Shown here in pieces: positions 27,290-42,275 of a DNA stretch of 64,000 nt. The position numbers and the translations under genes are program-made. The DNA is from Octopus vulgaris (taxonomy: Eukaryota). The DNA is taken from the NCBI GenBank assembly GCA_951406725.2, contig OX597814.1:2604001-2668000 (forward strand). The letters are read 5' to 3'. Positions within the stretch are counted from its first letter, which is position 1; each line of letters begins with the position of its first letter. The notes under the pieces were generated by a model. It had not been told where the DNA came from and ran no database searches. It was given only the letters and a program-made list of their open reading frames with translations.

Positions 27290-27681
27290 CACACTACAAC
27301 CACAACTACCACCACCACCACCACCACCACCACCACAAATACCAACAACAACAACAACAGCAACAATAACAACATCGAAACCAAAGATAATAGCTACAAA
27401 AGCAACCACAAAAAACAACAACAGCATCAACAAGAACGACAATAAAAACAACAGTAGCGGAAATATGAATTTCAGCTTCTTCTTCTTCTTCTTCTTCTTC
27501 TTCTTCTTCTTCTTCTTCTTCTTCTTCTTCTTCTTCTTCTTCTTCTTCTTCTTCTTCTTCTTCTTCTTCTTCTTCTTCTTCTTCTTCTTCTTCTTCTTCT
27601 TCTTCTTCTTCTTCTAGCATACCTCCTCCTCCTCCTACTACTACTAATACTACTACTACCACCAACACCAACACCACCACC

Positions 27682-27776
<95 letters not shown>

Positions 27777-27777
27777 A
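27290..27777. repeat. Compound trinucleotide tract including pure (TTC)n 27477-27614 and (ACT)n
   Basis: Directly visible. Confidence 0.97.
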
Positions 27778-28600
27778 CGTAAGAGAGCGACAGCCATAAA
27801 GAATGAAGACGTAATCCTACCAGCCAGATTTAGGCAGGAATTCGCAAAAATAAAGAGCACCAAAAAGTAACAAAAACGCTAAAAAAAAAACCACCAAGAA
27901 AACACTAAGACCAAAGCAAAAAAACGAAAAAAAAAAAAAATAAAATAAAAAAAATAACCACTAACCCACATCAATGTCAGTGGAACCAGAAACACGGAAA
28001 CCTGTAATGATGTCGGCTAGATGGTGATAGAAACTGTGTCGAGCCAAGCATGGCCTCCATTGGGAATTTACATAAACATAATATCCCTCCACATTATTGC
28101 AGTTTCTTTTTACAGAGTCTTTATAATATATTTATTGCATGTTTGGGTCTTCGTTGCGGAGCAGGATTATGGCTTCTCTGCTCTTTCGAAGTCATACGGT
28201 ACAATATTTTTTCAGACCGATTATTTCAGGCGCTCCGATAATTCATTACATACGCGTTTTACATTAATACATAGGCACGCACCAAACACACACACACAAA
28301 CATATACATATATGCCCACATGTGTTCATAAATACATACATATATATATATGTGTGTGTATGTGTGTGTGTGTGTGTATCTATAAATATATGCATACATG
28401 TGTGCCTCCATGCACAAACTGCTTACACATTCATACACACGCACACACAAACATATACAAATATATATACATATATATATGTTTATATGTACATATATAC
28501 ATACATACACATATATATATACATGTATGTATATGTTTCTATATATATACATACACACATTGGTGCATCCACGTTCAAACTTCTTACACACTTACACACA

Positions 28601-28636
<36 letters not shown>

Positions 28637-28689
28637 AGTATGAGCGCGCAAATGCATACATTCGAACATGCACACACACACACACACAC

Positions 28690-28777
<88 letters not shown>

Positions 28778-28828
28778 TGTATACATATATATAGAGAGAT
28801 AGATAGATACATACATACGTACATAGGT

Positions 28829-29120
<292 letters not shown>

Positions 29121-29480
29121 ATATACTAGGAAGGTTAGATGTGAACTGGAACCCCTCTCGAATAATGAACTGAAGGCGGAGTTCGTATTCGCGGACATAG
29201 TTATATATTACGTTAGATTATAATGATTAAGCACAGATGTGGATATATGTGTCACTCTGAAAGCAATATTGTCGTTTGAAAATCTCGTTTAGAGTGAAAC
29301 ATATGGCTATATGTAAAGAATTATTGTTAGCTAACATAAATTCGTAATAAGTTTGTGTATATGTAATGCGTATATGGAAATGATGTATACATGTGCATGT
29401 GTGTGTATGTGCGTGTAAGTGTGTAAATGTATATATATATATATATATATACTTTATTTAAAGCAGCAGAAAATTCAACA

Positions 29481-29525
29481 AAACCTGTTACTCTGAGTTT
29501 CCCGTTGCCGTTCATCGGACAGTTT
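29481..29525 (-). ncRNA. Minimal hammerhead motif (CCGAUGA core variant) in a ~75-bp insert within (TA)n
   Basis: AAACTGT-CCGATGA-aCG gcaa CGg-GAAA-CTCAGAG-TA-ACAGGTTT; same core and stem III as 9689-9751. Confidence 0.7.
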
Positions 29526-29534
29526 ATATATTAT

Positions 29535-29609
<75 letters not shown>

Positions 29610-29777
29610 TATATATCTATATACATACGCACACACATATATACATATGTATATGCACATGCACACACACATATTTATATATACATACACACACACATAT
29701 TTTTATTCTTTTGCTTGTTTCATTCATTTGACTGCGGCCATGCTGGAGCACCGCCTTGAAGGGTTTTAATCGAACAA

Positions 29778-29808
<31 letters not shown>

Positions 29809-29999
29809 TGCACTCACACACACACACACACAAACACACACTCACACATTCACACACATATATATATATATAATCTTTAAAATTCAGCTTCAAAGCTGTG
29901 GTCACGCTGGAGCGCCACCGTTGATCGTAGTATTCACTCAAACCCAGACAATCACCTACCTCTGTAAGGAACAAAAACGGTCCTCACAAAAGTAGGATC

Positions 30000-30560
30000 A
30001 CCTTCCTTATTAGCTTCGTGTGAAGGAAAGCCTATGTCTTTGGCCTTGAAAGATCCTTTGAAGACATTGAGGGTAGTATGGTTAACGTCGATCTTGAGCG
30101 AGAATTGCGGGATAAAACATTTTCAGAGCGCGAATCGCTGGAAGGAGCTTTATTCTTTGGAAAAAGGAACGGACACAAAAGTTAGCGTGAGTCCTGGAAA
30201 GGGACACATCGTGAGAGAAATACTTCTGAGTTGGGTAATACCTGAGGTGAGGAGGCAAGGGGGATGGTGCCTGAGGGGTGGGGGTGGGGGTAGTAGGAGA
30301 CGAATGGAGTAGATGTCACGGTAGCAGTGATTAAAAAATGACAGTAAGAAGAAACTGCGTGTCTATGGACCAGGGGAAGCTTTCAGGGTAGAAAACGAGC
30401 ACCTTTTCTTTGGAATCAGTCTAGGTTGTTCTTGTGCTTTGGAGCAGCACCGTTTGCAATGTGAGGGCAGAAATCCACTAGGAGCAAGCTTGATTACATT
30501 GCATTACAGCAGTTGTACCAGTAGGAAATACGCTATCCTCGTATTTTAAGATCTGTTCCT
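30000..30560 (-). pseudogene. Highly degenerate LINE (CR1/Jockey-type) ORF2 C-terminus
   Basis: Minus strand fragments PLVHRHAVSS and SRTHANFCVRSFFQR resemble PLSHRR..S and RT..Y..SFFPR motifs. Confidence 0.45.
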
Positions 30561-30596
30561 TGTCAAGATATCATTTATATACAAGTTATTTATGTG

Positions 30597-30936
30597 AAGG
30601 CGCATGGCTCAGTAGTTAGAGCGTCGAGCTTACGATCGTGAGGTTGTGAGCTCGAATCCCGGACCGGGCTGCGCGTTGTGTTCTTGAGCAAGGCACTTTA
30701 TTTCACGTTGCTCCAGTTCACTCAGCTGTAGAAATGAGTTGCGACGTCACTGGTGCCAAGCTGTATTGGCCCCTTTTGCCTTTCCCTTGGATAACACTGG
30801 TGTCGTGGAGAGGGGAGGCTGGTGTGCATGGGCAACTGCTGGTCTTCCATAAACAACCTTGCCCGGACTTGTGTCTAGGAGGGTAACTTTCTAGGTGCAA
30901 TCCCATGGTCATTCATGACCGAAGGGGGTCTTTTTA
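30597..30936 (+). mobile_element. tRNA-derived SINE family C
   Basis: A box TGGCTCAGTAG, B box GCTCGAATCC, CORE-like TGTGTTCTTGAGCAAGGCACTT. Confidence 0.88.
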
Positions 30937-31664
30937 TTTATGTCTTAGAAAAGACACGTCTATAATTGACAGACGCACATTCCAGGAAATAACAATATTA
31001 GGATTGTTAGAATTATGGAAGTAATGGCTTATAATTGTTACTAAATTCATCCACCATCCAGTTTACTAACAGCCAAACTTCTGCAGAAATAGTGACAAAT
31101 CACTTATGAGGATAAACATAACCGTGTTCCAAAAAATACCAGAAACTTTAAATTGTGTTGGATGACTCGCAAACATTTGTTAACCCTATACTTTTTTTTA
31201 TACATGTATCCCGAGATATATCTAATCCTTTGTAATGTAAAAAAAAAATATATGACTCTGAGATATATATCTCTGAAATCGCGGTTAACAATAAAGATAG
31301 TCAAATCTCGTTTTCTCACGCTCCATAAAAACGAGAATCACGAAACCCGTTATTTTTTTTCCTTTGCTGTTTAAACATGTGAAATACCGATTGAAATCTA
31401 AAGATTATATTTATATATTACTTTCATGAAACTTCTCCAGTTATCTTTAATAGAATCATCAAAGAGTTAATTCACAATACCAACGAAGAAATTTTATTAC
31501 ACTATCTCATTTTTGTAAACCAGAAATTTCCCTAATTTTGAACAAGACAAACTAATAAAGGCACAACCAAGACTGCGTGGTTAAAACGTTCACTCCACAG
31601 TTGCACGCTTCAGGTTTGAACCCACTATACGGCTACATTGCCAATGAATTGCATCACAATCATT

Positions 31665-31716
<52 letters not shown>

Positions 31717-31725
31717 ATATGTATG

Positions 31726-31774
<49 letters not shown>

Positions 31775-31827
31775 ATATTAGCCACTAAACCTTTTTCTAT
31801 TTCCTGTCCCTGTTTATTTCTGTCTTC

Positions 31828-31864
31828 CTTTCTGTCGAAGAGCGTAGGCTCGAAACGTAAAAGA
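31828..31864 (+). ncRNA. Minimal hammerhead-like motif with CUGUNGA core (second copy 46734-46771 minus)
   Basis: CTTT-CTGTCGA-A-GAGC gtag GCTC-GAAA-CG-TA-AAAG. Confidence 0.5.
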
Positions 31865-31989
31865 CTTTCTCATTTCGTGAGCGTTAACCTAATACATTTG
31901 CTTATTGTTTACACACCCGTCTTCGTCTTTTGTTTTTGTAATTTCTCACTACGTACATATATATGTATCATTAGCATGCATTCAAGGTT

Positions 31990-32685
31990 GTTATAATGTA
32001 CATTGATACGTTTCATCCATTTACTTTGGCTTATCCAGAATGATTAAAGTTTTATGGAATAATTGACTCAGTCCGGTCTGTGAGATCTAGATTCTGCGTC
32101 AATTCCAGGTCTTACCACTTGTAGAAGATCTATGACTGAATGCCAATTTTCCAGAACCACTAAACAAAGAAGACTGACTCGGTGAAACACATGAGTTACT
32201 GGGAGCGGCTACAAGAACTGAAGCTGAACTCCCAGGAGAGAAGGCGAAAAAGGTATGCAGTGATATACATATGGAAGATCCTGGAAGGTCCAGCTCACAA
32301 CTTTTGAATTAAAAGCTAAACCAACCGCCGAACTGGATGGCACTGCATAATGCCAAAGATACCGTCTTCTTCATCTCAGATAAGGACCCAGTATTGCAAC
32401 AGCTTGGGTTTCAAGGGACCACAATTGGTTAATAGACTGCCAAGCGACTTGAGATATCTGTAAAGTGTTGATGTAGAAACGTTCAAATAGTGCCTGGATA
32501 TATTTCTGTCTGAAATCCCAGGTGAGCCCACAACACAGCAGGAAGGACAAGGAAGAGCAGCTTCGTCCAACTCGGTTCTCCACCAAAAACAGTACCGAAA
32601 GGAGAAACCAAAACATTGAAAAGTGATGCTCCAGCATAGCCCCAGCCTCTGGCTGAAGCCGGTAATAGAATAACAGAAAAAGAAT
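31990..32685 (+). pseudogene. CR1/L2-type LINE ORF2 C-terminus and 3' tail
   Basis: SYWERLQELKLNSQERRRKRYAVIYIWKILEG; YCNSLGFKGPQLVNRLP..LDIFLSEIPGEP..SNSVLHQ. Confidence 0.85.
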
Positions 32686-32697
32686 ATTTATACATAG

Positions 32698-32748
<51 letters not shown>

Positions 32749-32994
32749 TAAATAAGTGACAACAAAAGAATGAGGCATCGATAATAGATAAATCACATAT
32801 ATGTTTGTGTGTGTATGTGTGTGTACATATACATGTTTGTGTGAGTGTGTACGTATATAGACGTTATGAACGCAGGAGGTTTTATGTCTGTGTATTGTGA
32901 GAATATGGTTACGGGTATTTTCTATCTTTTATATTTTCTTCTCCCTATTACAGTACTTCCCTTTTATTCAACGGTTTTCCATAGCGTCTATTGC

Positions 32995-33062
32995 CATTAA
33001 TAGCCGACGAGAATGCATCGTAGCTCTTCGGTCCGGCATTTGAAACACCGAATACTATTATG
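32995..33062 (+). ncRNA. Hammerhead motif (CCGACGA core variant) in solo Penelope pLTR-like fragment
   Basis: TAATAG-CCGACGA-GAATGC..GCATTT-GAAA-CACCGAA-TA-CTATTA; upstream sequence is homologous to reverse complement of 9755-9805. Confidence 0.7.
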
Positions 33063-33092
33063 ACGACTTATTGATTGTCCTAAACTATACAT

Positions 33093-33170
<78 letters not shown>

Positions 33171-33174
<4 letters not shown>

Positions 33175-33455
33175 AAAACCGCCTTTTATCAATTCAAAAT
33201 GAAAAATTACACCATCTGGAAAATTACATATAATAGAAATATTACATATAAGATAAAAAAAATATACCGATGATTAAGTAATGTGCAAAATTATAAATGA
33301 AACGTACAAAATATATACGTTTTATTTATTATTTTCCACTTTACTTAATCATCGGTATATTTTTTATCGTATACTTAATATTTCTATTGTATGTAATTTT
33401 CTAGATGTTGTAATTTAATTTTTCATTTTGAATTGATAAAAGGCGGTTTTTTTTC
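33171..33455. mobile_element. Fold-back (MITE-like) element with ~135-bp arms
   Basis: GAAAAAAACCGCCTTTTATCAATTCAAAATGAAAAATTA... is reverse complementary to ...TAATTTTTCATTTTGAATTGATAAAAGGCGGTTTTTTTTC, loop about 9 nt. Confidence 0.8.
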
Positions 33456-33544
33456 TAATTTATATATATATTATATTTTGTGAGATTTGAATTTCTATTC
33501 TAACTTGAATTTTTCCCTCTAAGTTTGGAATAATATTCGTTCAA

Positions 33545-33606
<62 letters not shown>

Positions 33607-33619
33607 CATTATTATTTAC

Positions 33620-33878
<259 letters not shown>

Positions 33879-35104
33879 ACCACGTATGTGTGTATGTATG
33901 TATGTATGTATGTATGTATGTATGTATGTATGTATGTATGTATGTATGTATGTATGTGTGTATGTATGTATGTATGATACATTGCATATATGTTTTCATA
34001 AACCGGAAGGAATTATTCTCCATTTTAGGGAGGGCTTGGTAAAAATTTATGAATGTTCCCTTCCACAAAACCATCAACGACAATAATAATGTCTGCCTGA
34101 AGTAAGTGTCACCAGTTTCAGTCTTGTCTAGACGAGTGTTACGATGGTAGCAATAAAACTGTGACACAACTATATTAAACGAAATAATTAATCATCGACT
34201 AATTAAAACATTTAAATGAAGGAAGTATGAATTGGAATTTCTTCCCGGAGCTGACGCAAAGGCGGTGGGATTTAAAGCGAGAGGGAGAGAGAGAGATGGG
34301 AAAGAAGAGAGGGGATAGATGAAGGGGAGGTGTTTAAGGTAAGAGAAAGTGGTGGTGGTGGTGGTGGGGCAGAAACTAACCTGAAATTTATCGTTGGAGA
34401 GTGGAGGATGTTTTTTGCATTAAGAATTGAAATATAAGGATCTAAATTGAAATGACGCGAAGATAAGAATCTTCGATTGGAATGAATGAATGGAGTAATA
34501 GTAAGAGAGGGGATTGGGCGGGGGGGGGGGGTAAAAGAAAGAAGGAAGGAAGGAAGGAAGGAAAGAAGGAAAGAAGTGGTGAAAAAAAAATAAAGAAGGA
34601 GAAAAGATGGCAAGTGTGGGAGGAAAATTGAAAGCAAACAATTAAAAAGTGAGAACGAAGAATTAAGTGGGATTCAGGGAGGAGAAATAGGAAATGGATT
34701 AATGTGTGTGTGTGTGTGTGTGTATTGATATACATACATGCATACACACACACATATGCGTGTGTGTGTGTGTGTGTGTGTGTGTATGTATATATTTACA
34801 TACATTGACAAAGTTATTCTCTAACATTTTTCTCATACGAATACCTTTAAATAACGTGATTGTTCCTTTCTCTCTCTTTCTCTCTCTTTCCTTTCGTTTT
34901 ATGTATCTTATGAAGACATAAATATATTTTCAGTTAATCTATTTCGTGAAAATATTTGTAAGAATATATTTTTCTCGTTTTTACTTTCATATCTATATAA
35001 CTACACGAAAAAGAAGCATATTATACTTTAAAGTACACATACCTACATGCATAGATAAATGCATGCATACATACATGCATGTATACATACATGCATGCAT
35101 ACAT

Positions 35105-35393
35105 ACAAATTAGCTGCCCAGCGGATGTTAACACAAAGCTGAGGATCAGTGAAAAAGAGAGCCCTTATGCTGAACTATTGAGAAATCTGCAGTTACTCTA
35201 TCCAGATTACAAGTTCAGGTTTACACCGGTAATTATTGGGTCCCTGGGATGTGTAAAACACTGCCTAAACATGAATCTTGAGAAATTAGGCTTCTTAAAA
35301 TCAGGAAGGAGAAAGATGATTCGAAGACTACAGATCCAATCTATCACTGGAACAGTAAAAATCTGTAAAACTTTTCAGAAGTTTATCATTTAA
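35105..35393 (+). pseudogene. RLE non-LTR retrotransposon C-terminus
   Basis: ISCPADVN..EKESPYAELLRNLQLLYPDYKFRFTPVIIGSLG..LQIQSITGTVKICK. Confidence 0.8.
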
Positions 35394-35857
35394 ATATATA
35401 TAAGCATGTCTAGACACATAACTATATGCATGAGAATACATACATAAAACATACATACATATCTGCACACATACATACATACATAAATACATACATACAT
35501 ACATACATACATACATACATACATACATACATACATACATACATACATACATACATACATACATACATACATACATACATACATACAAAGGAAAATACCC
35601 TGTTGTTGATGCTGAAATTCCAATGAAGGAGCCTTGTATACGGGTTAGAAACCGGCTCTTTCTCTCTGGTCACTTTGTTTACAATATAGTGCTGGCAGAG
35701 GCGGATCTTAGCTGTCACTCCTGTACGCAGATGCGCGCAGTTGAGGATGAGCCAAATCGCTCAAAACTGGACCATTCCTGCAATCCTGCTAATGGTGTAT
35801 GTATAAATGTATGTATATATATGTATATGTGTGTGTGTGTGTGTGTGAATGTGTGCG

Positions 35858-35892
<35 letters not shown>

Positions 35893-35893
<1 letters not shown>

Positions 35894-36304
35894 GTCGCAG
35901 TAGTGGCTGTGTGGTAAGTAGCTTCCTAACCAACCACATGGTTCCGGGTTCAGTCCCACTGCGAGGCATCTTGGGGAAGTGTCTTCTGCTATAGCCCCGG
36001 GCCGACCAATGCCTTGTGAGTGGATTTGGTAGACGGAAACTGAAAGAAGCCTGTCGTATATATGTATTTATATATATTAGTGTGTGTGTATATGTTTGTA
36101 TGCCTGTGTTTGTCCCCCAAGCATTGCTTGACAACCGATGCTGGTGTGTTTAAGTCCCCGTCACATAGCGGTTCGGCAAAAGAGACCGATAGAATAAGTA
36201 GTGGGCTTACAAAGAATAAGTCCCGGGGTCAATTTGCTCGACTAAAGACGGTGCTCCAGCATGGCCGCAGTCAAATGACTGAAACAAGTAAAAGAGTAAA
36301 AGAG
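35893..36304 (+). mobile_element. SINE family A, full length
   Basis: Closely matches 61736-62139. Confidence 0.92.
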
Positions 36305-36335
<31 letters not shown>

Positions 36336-36679
36336 AAAGAAACGATTTACATATATGTATGTATATATATATACACACACACAAACACGACGGTCTTCTT
36401 TCAGTTTCTGTCTGCTGTTCACAAGGCTTTGGTTGGCCCGAGGCTTTGGCCATGTTGGCACAGAGTAGGACTGAACCCGGAACCATGTGGTTTGGAAAGC
36501 AAGCTTCTTTTGTTAAATTCAAGAGATTTCTTGGATTTGGGGTTATCTGAAACCTTTGACGATTGTTTATATGCATCTGTGTGTGTGTGTGTGTATGTGC
36601 CTATTTTGTTTGTCAATGACTGTTTGTGTGCGTTGGCTTGTACCTGTATGTGTACAGTGCCTGCAATAAAAAGACATAT

Positions 36680-36768
<89 letters not shown>

Positions 36769-37232
36769 CAACTCATACAACTCATAACAGTAAAAGAATA
36801 GTTTAACCAAAAGATAACATCAATAACAATAACAACAACAACGACTTGTGTACCATTATTTCTCCAGCTGTTATAATTCCAATTAAATTGCTTCGTTAAA
36901 CGTAATTAGAAATATATTAATTAACAAGGACAGCTACTAAATATTTTTCATTAGTAATTAATGTCACGTGAAGACCACCTAGGAGGAGATAATTTTCATT
37001 CAGCAAAGCACTTCCACCTTAAAACCTTAAACACCAATTGATCAACAAATTAAATGTTGTGATAAGCAATATGACTGCGTGAAATATCAACTAGAAAATC
37101 AACCTGATACCATTTGAAGGTCTAAGTTCGAATTAGGGAAACCGCAGACCATTCGTTTGGTAGACATTCTCTCGTAAGTTGGCAAATTTGTTAAATACTA
37201 TGAACATTATCAACTTGATATGTAGGGTTACA

Positions 37233-37614
37233 AAGGCGGCGAGCTGGCAGAAACGTTAGCACAGCAGTTGACGTGCTTAGTTGTATTTCGTCTGCCGCTA
37301 CGTTCTGAGTTCAAATTTGCCCTTCATCCTTTCGGGGTCGATTAAATAAGTACCAGTTACGCACTGGGGTCGACGTAATCGACTTAATCCGTCTGTCTGT
37401 CCTTGTTTGTCCTCTCTGTGTTTAGCCCCTTGTGGGTTATAAAGAAATAGGTATTTCGTCTGCCATTACGTTCTGAGTTCAAATTCCGCCGAGGTCGACT
37501 TTGCCTTTCATCCTTTCGGGGTCAATAAATTAAGCACCAGTTGCGTACTGTGGTCGATCTAATCAACAGCCGCCCTTTCCCAAAATTTCGGGCCTTGTGC
37601 CGAGAGTAGAAAAC
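37233..37614 (+). mobile_element. SINE family B with partial tandem body duplication
   Basis: Head plus body, then junction AAAGAAATAG|GTATTTCGTCTGCC and a second body with a different tail. Confidence 0.88.
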
Positions 37615-37893
37615 GTCATGTTAAGCATTAACGGAAGCTGCTTTAATTAGCTTTAACTCAACGTAATTAATCAAATGATTGGCCATAATTGTTCCACAAT
37701 AGGCTCTACTATCATGTATTCTATTTCCTAGACTTCTGGTATCACAACTATTTCTGTCACTCTTAATACAGATCATCAGCTGCAATAAAATTGTTGACAC
37801 CTGAGCTAAATATATTAGGACATTTTTTTCTTTGTATGGTCCTTTGCGTTTCGAGTGTATATTTGACTATGGACAACTCGTTATATATATATA

Positions 37894-37950
<57 letters not shown>

Positions 37951-38320
37951 GAAAATGGAGAAACAATTTAGTTGGTTCATCTTTCGGATATTATAATACT
38001 GACTTATTTATTCATTTAACAAAAATGAGAACTTTAATAGCATAAATATATACATTATAATTCAATACATATAAGATAAGAATACAATTATATAAGATAA
38101 GAATACAATTTTATAAATCATAATATAAATTATTGCAAAATAAGCAACAAGGATAATGTTTACATTGTTCAATTAAATGGAGTCGCATGAAACGATCGTA
38201 CAGCATTACCTCTGGATATTCTTGTTGCTTATTTTGATTATAATCAACCCATTTTGAATTATATGGATAATACCATACTAAATTCTGGTGCCTTTAACTT
38301 AAGTACCATATTCACCTGAA

Positions 38321-38380
<60 letters not shown>

Positions 38381-38456
38381 AGCAGTAGGACCCGGTTTCA
38401 CTCGGGTTATAAACATTAGCCTTAACACAGACAGAGAGACAGACGGACAGATAAAC

Positions 38457-38522
<66 letters not shown>

Positions 38523-38777
38523 CTTTCTTTATTGGCCACACGGGGCTGAACACAGAGGGGACTAATACAAATGTAGAGATTTTCTTTTCGAAAATGAAAA
38601 AAGGGGGAAAATATGAAAAAAAAGGAAAATTCCGATCAAAAGGGATCGGGGAAAAATAATCAAAAGGGATTGTATATCACAGAAGAATTTTAATAATATA
38701 GAAAGTAAGATTAAGTTTATCCACGGAAAGAAAAGCCTACGGAAAAGACCACTAAATTTCACTAAATAATTGCCCAC

Positions 38778-38848
38778 GGGCATAAGGCGTAGTGGTTAAG
38801 AGCGCGGCCTACTAAACACAAGATCCCGAGTTCGATTCCAGGCAGGGA

Positions 38849-38850
<2 letters not shown>
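38778..38850 (+). mobile_element. tRNA-derived head with Pol III A and B boxes
   Basis: AGGCGTAGTGGTTAAGAGC (A box/D arm), GAGTTCGATTCC (B box); acceptor stem does not pair, so not a functional tRNA. Confidence 0.75.
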
Positions 38851-38911
<61 letters not shown>

Positions 38912-38963
38912 CAACATCGAAAAATGCTTTAGGGATGAAAACCCAGGTTCGAAATTTCCCCAA

Positions 38964-39009
38964 GACACCTGATAAAGGCTGGAGGGTATATCAACCGAAA
39001 CGTTGTGTT
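38964..39009 (+). ncRNA. Minimal hammerhead motif downstream of tRNA head
   Basis: GACAC-CTGATAA-A-GGCTG gagggtatat CAACC-GAAA-CG-TT-GTGTT; one core change (G8A) and one stem II mismatch. Confidence 0.6.
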
Positions 39010-39643
39010 AACAACAAACAAGATGAGGACAAATATCCGTCAAATGTAAATAATGTACATAATTCCTCATCTCCTGAATATAGAAATGTACAATTTTGTT
39101 GTTGTTGCTTATATCTCACCAATGGACCACACTTACGTCACTTTGGCATCATCATTCCATCAAATGTGATTAATGTGAGAAGAATATTAAAAAACGCGAG
39201 AGTGAAAAAAAGAGGGTAATTTGGGATGTGCTAGAAACAACAGCCAAATTCCCCCTGAATTGTAAATCTTTCCCTCTGAAAATGTTTACAATTTGTTTTT
39301 TTCTTTTACCGAAAAGTCTCCTCCCATGGGTTTTAAATCCTTTCAGTAATTTATCGTAGTTGTTTGCAAATAGCGAATTAAAACTTGAAATGAAAACATT
39401 AAAATAGAAAGTGATAGACTTCGCAAATGAAAACGAAAAATTTCGCCGCTGCTACATGAATACCGGAAGTTGACGTTGTAAAACCTTTTGAAAGAAGTGA
39501 ATTATACAGATATAAATCAATATTATTTATCTTTGATAAAAATAATAAACTAAGAGCCTGTTATGTATCCGAGGCCAAATTATTCATGCATTTCAAGTAT
39601 GGAAGCAATTCGGGCAGCCGTTTTCGTGTGAAAAGCGAATACT

Positions 39644-39709
<66 letters not shown>

Positions 39710-40703
39710 AGATGTTTGCTTTATATAAGAAAATATTTCGTGGCAGATACACTGAGTGATACGTTAGACAAATGTCTTCTGCTATATGCTCCGGGCTGAA
39801 ACAAAATTTTGTCGAAGCCCGTGGTGTAAAGACATACATATGGTAATTGTCCGTCTTCCCTGATGACTGCTGTCCCCGCGTGCTTTCCCATTATCAATGC
39901 CATTTCTGACTTTCCGTCCGTGACCTCTCGAGTGACTATCCAGTCCCGTTGAAAACCTGCATGGTTTGAAGCAAAGGTGACAGACGAAAGTTGTAACTTA
40001 CTGTACGCTTCCAACTCGTTAGGTTTGCAAATGTCTTTGCTCTTCCATCGGCACGGGACTTTCGGTTGAAGAAATGACAAATGAGGTCGCCATATAGAGA
40101 CATCTGTATCTCGTAGGATTATAGGGGCAAACGCGTACCACTCTCTAAGTCTTTGTGGTTAATGACTTAATGACAGAGTGAAGTGAGATGTCAGACAATC
40201 ATGTAAACCCGCAGCTTTTACATCAGAATAGACCTCTCTTGGTAAGACGCTGTAAAAGCAGGTAGGGGTCCCTTACGCCCAATGGTTTTACTGTGCATCC
40301 TCACTTCAATCTCGAGTCTTTCTTTATTCTCATGATCCGGGGATTGTCATCATATATGCTAGTTGACCCTTTGCTAGGACCCTTACAGGGGCTTCCACTC
40401 CGGGTCACAATACACCTGGGAACAATAGTGGGCTACGAGATAGTTCTACTTTCCTCAAAACCTTGGTTTTCTTGAACAAGAGCCCCACAACCGGATGCAA
40501 TAGAAAGTCTTGCTCAAGATAATACACACACACACATACAGACATATGTACATACATGTAGGTATGTAGATATATATGTGTATGTGTATCTATAAATACT
40601 TTTAAAAATGGAACAAAAACGCAATAGAGGACAGATAGACGATACAGAGGTGGACAAGAGAAACAATAATTAGAAGGACATATATATAGATACGTATGTA
40701 TGT

Positions 40704-40743
<40 letters not shown>

Positions 40744-40876
40744 ATGTATGTATGTATACACACAAAATATCCGTTGCATTAGTGAATTTAGTATTCACTG
40801 TTTCCCATATATTGAAGCACGAAGTTCGTCTTAACAATGATAATAATGATGATGCTGGAGAGGAAACATAAGACTT

Positions 40877-40946
<70 letters not shown>

Positions 40947-41813
40947 AGCAGACAAACAGACATACAAAGACCATAGAAAAAGAGAAAAAACATAAAGAAA
41001 AGCAAATAAAAAGTACAATACAAAGCAACCTATTACCACTACCCCCACCGGCAAAAAAAAAAAAAGCAGAAAATATAAATAAATAAATGCGAATGAGTCG
41101 CACAAAGACATTGAGAAAGTAGGAAATATTTCTAATGTATCTTTTGGAAGTTGTTAGAAATCAGGTGAGATTAATCCATATCTGGATTTAGTTGTTAATA
41201 GTTTGCATTTACCAAACTCTATTAGCAGAGATAAGGCCGTTACTGTTGCATTCTTGCTAATATTTCAATGCAACACTTCCCAGAAGACCTCAGCAAAGCA
41301 GCTAAAACCCAGCAAAATATTACCATATAACTACATTAACGCTTCGTTCTTGCCAAAAGCCTTTCCTGTTTCAACATCCATACTTAGAGCTACTTTACTC
41401 GGCTGTGGAGTATTTACAATTCTTCCTCTTCTTCTTCTTCTTCTTCTTCTTCTTGCTATTGAAGTTGTTATCGTTGTTGCTGTTGTTGTTGTTGTTGTTG
41501 ATGTTTTTGATGTTGTTGTTTTTTTTTAGTCAGTGTTGATAATTATGTTTGTGCTTATATTTGTTCACTGTGTATTTTATATATACGTATGTATGCATAT
41601 GTATGTGCATATATATATGTATATATGTGATATATATCACATATATACATATATATATGCTTATATATATACGCATATATATATATGCATATATATGCAT
41701 ATATATATGCTTATATGTATATATGTATGTATATATGCTTGCATGTATGTAAATATAAATATATGCCTATATATATATGATTATATATATATATATATTA
41801 TATAAATACATAT

Positions 41814-41860
<47 letters not shown>

Positions 41861-41875
41861 TATATGCTTATATAC

Positions 41876-41926
<51 letters not shown>

Positions 41927-42225
41927 TGCGATGTTTTGTATTTTAATCTAAAGCTTCAGCTGAATCCCTGTTCATGGTGGTACTTTCTTCTTCTTCTTCT
42001 TCTTTTCCTTCTTCTTTTCCCTCCCACGGTCCCCCTCCTCCTTCCTAGTGCTGTCTTTATTAGTTCTTTTCTCGAAGATTTTGTTGTATTTTTTACTTTT
42101 TTCGTCACTTTTTTTAAATGTTTATACTTGGTATTTATTGCTTTTGCAATGTCTGTTATTATCATTATTATTATTATTATTATTATTGTTGTTGTTGTTG
42201 CTGTTGTTGTTTGCTGTTGTTATTA

Positions 42226-42274
<49 letters not shown>

Positions 42275-42275
<1 letters not shown>

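Noticed and set aside
38778-38850. Functional tRNA gene (also 30597, 61736, 6741)
   Set aside because: A/B boxes are present but acceptor and anticodon stems are disrupted and SINE bodies follow
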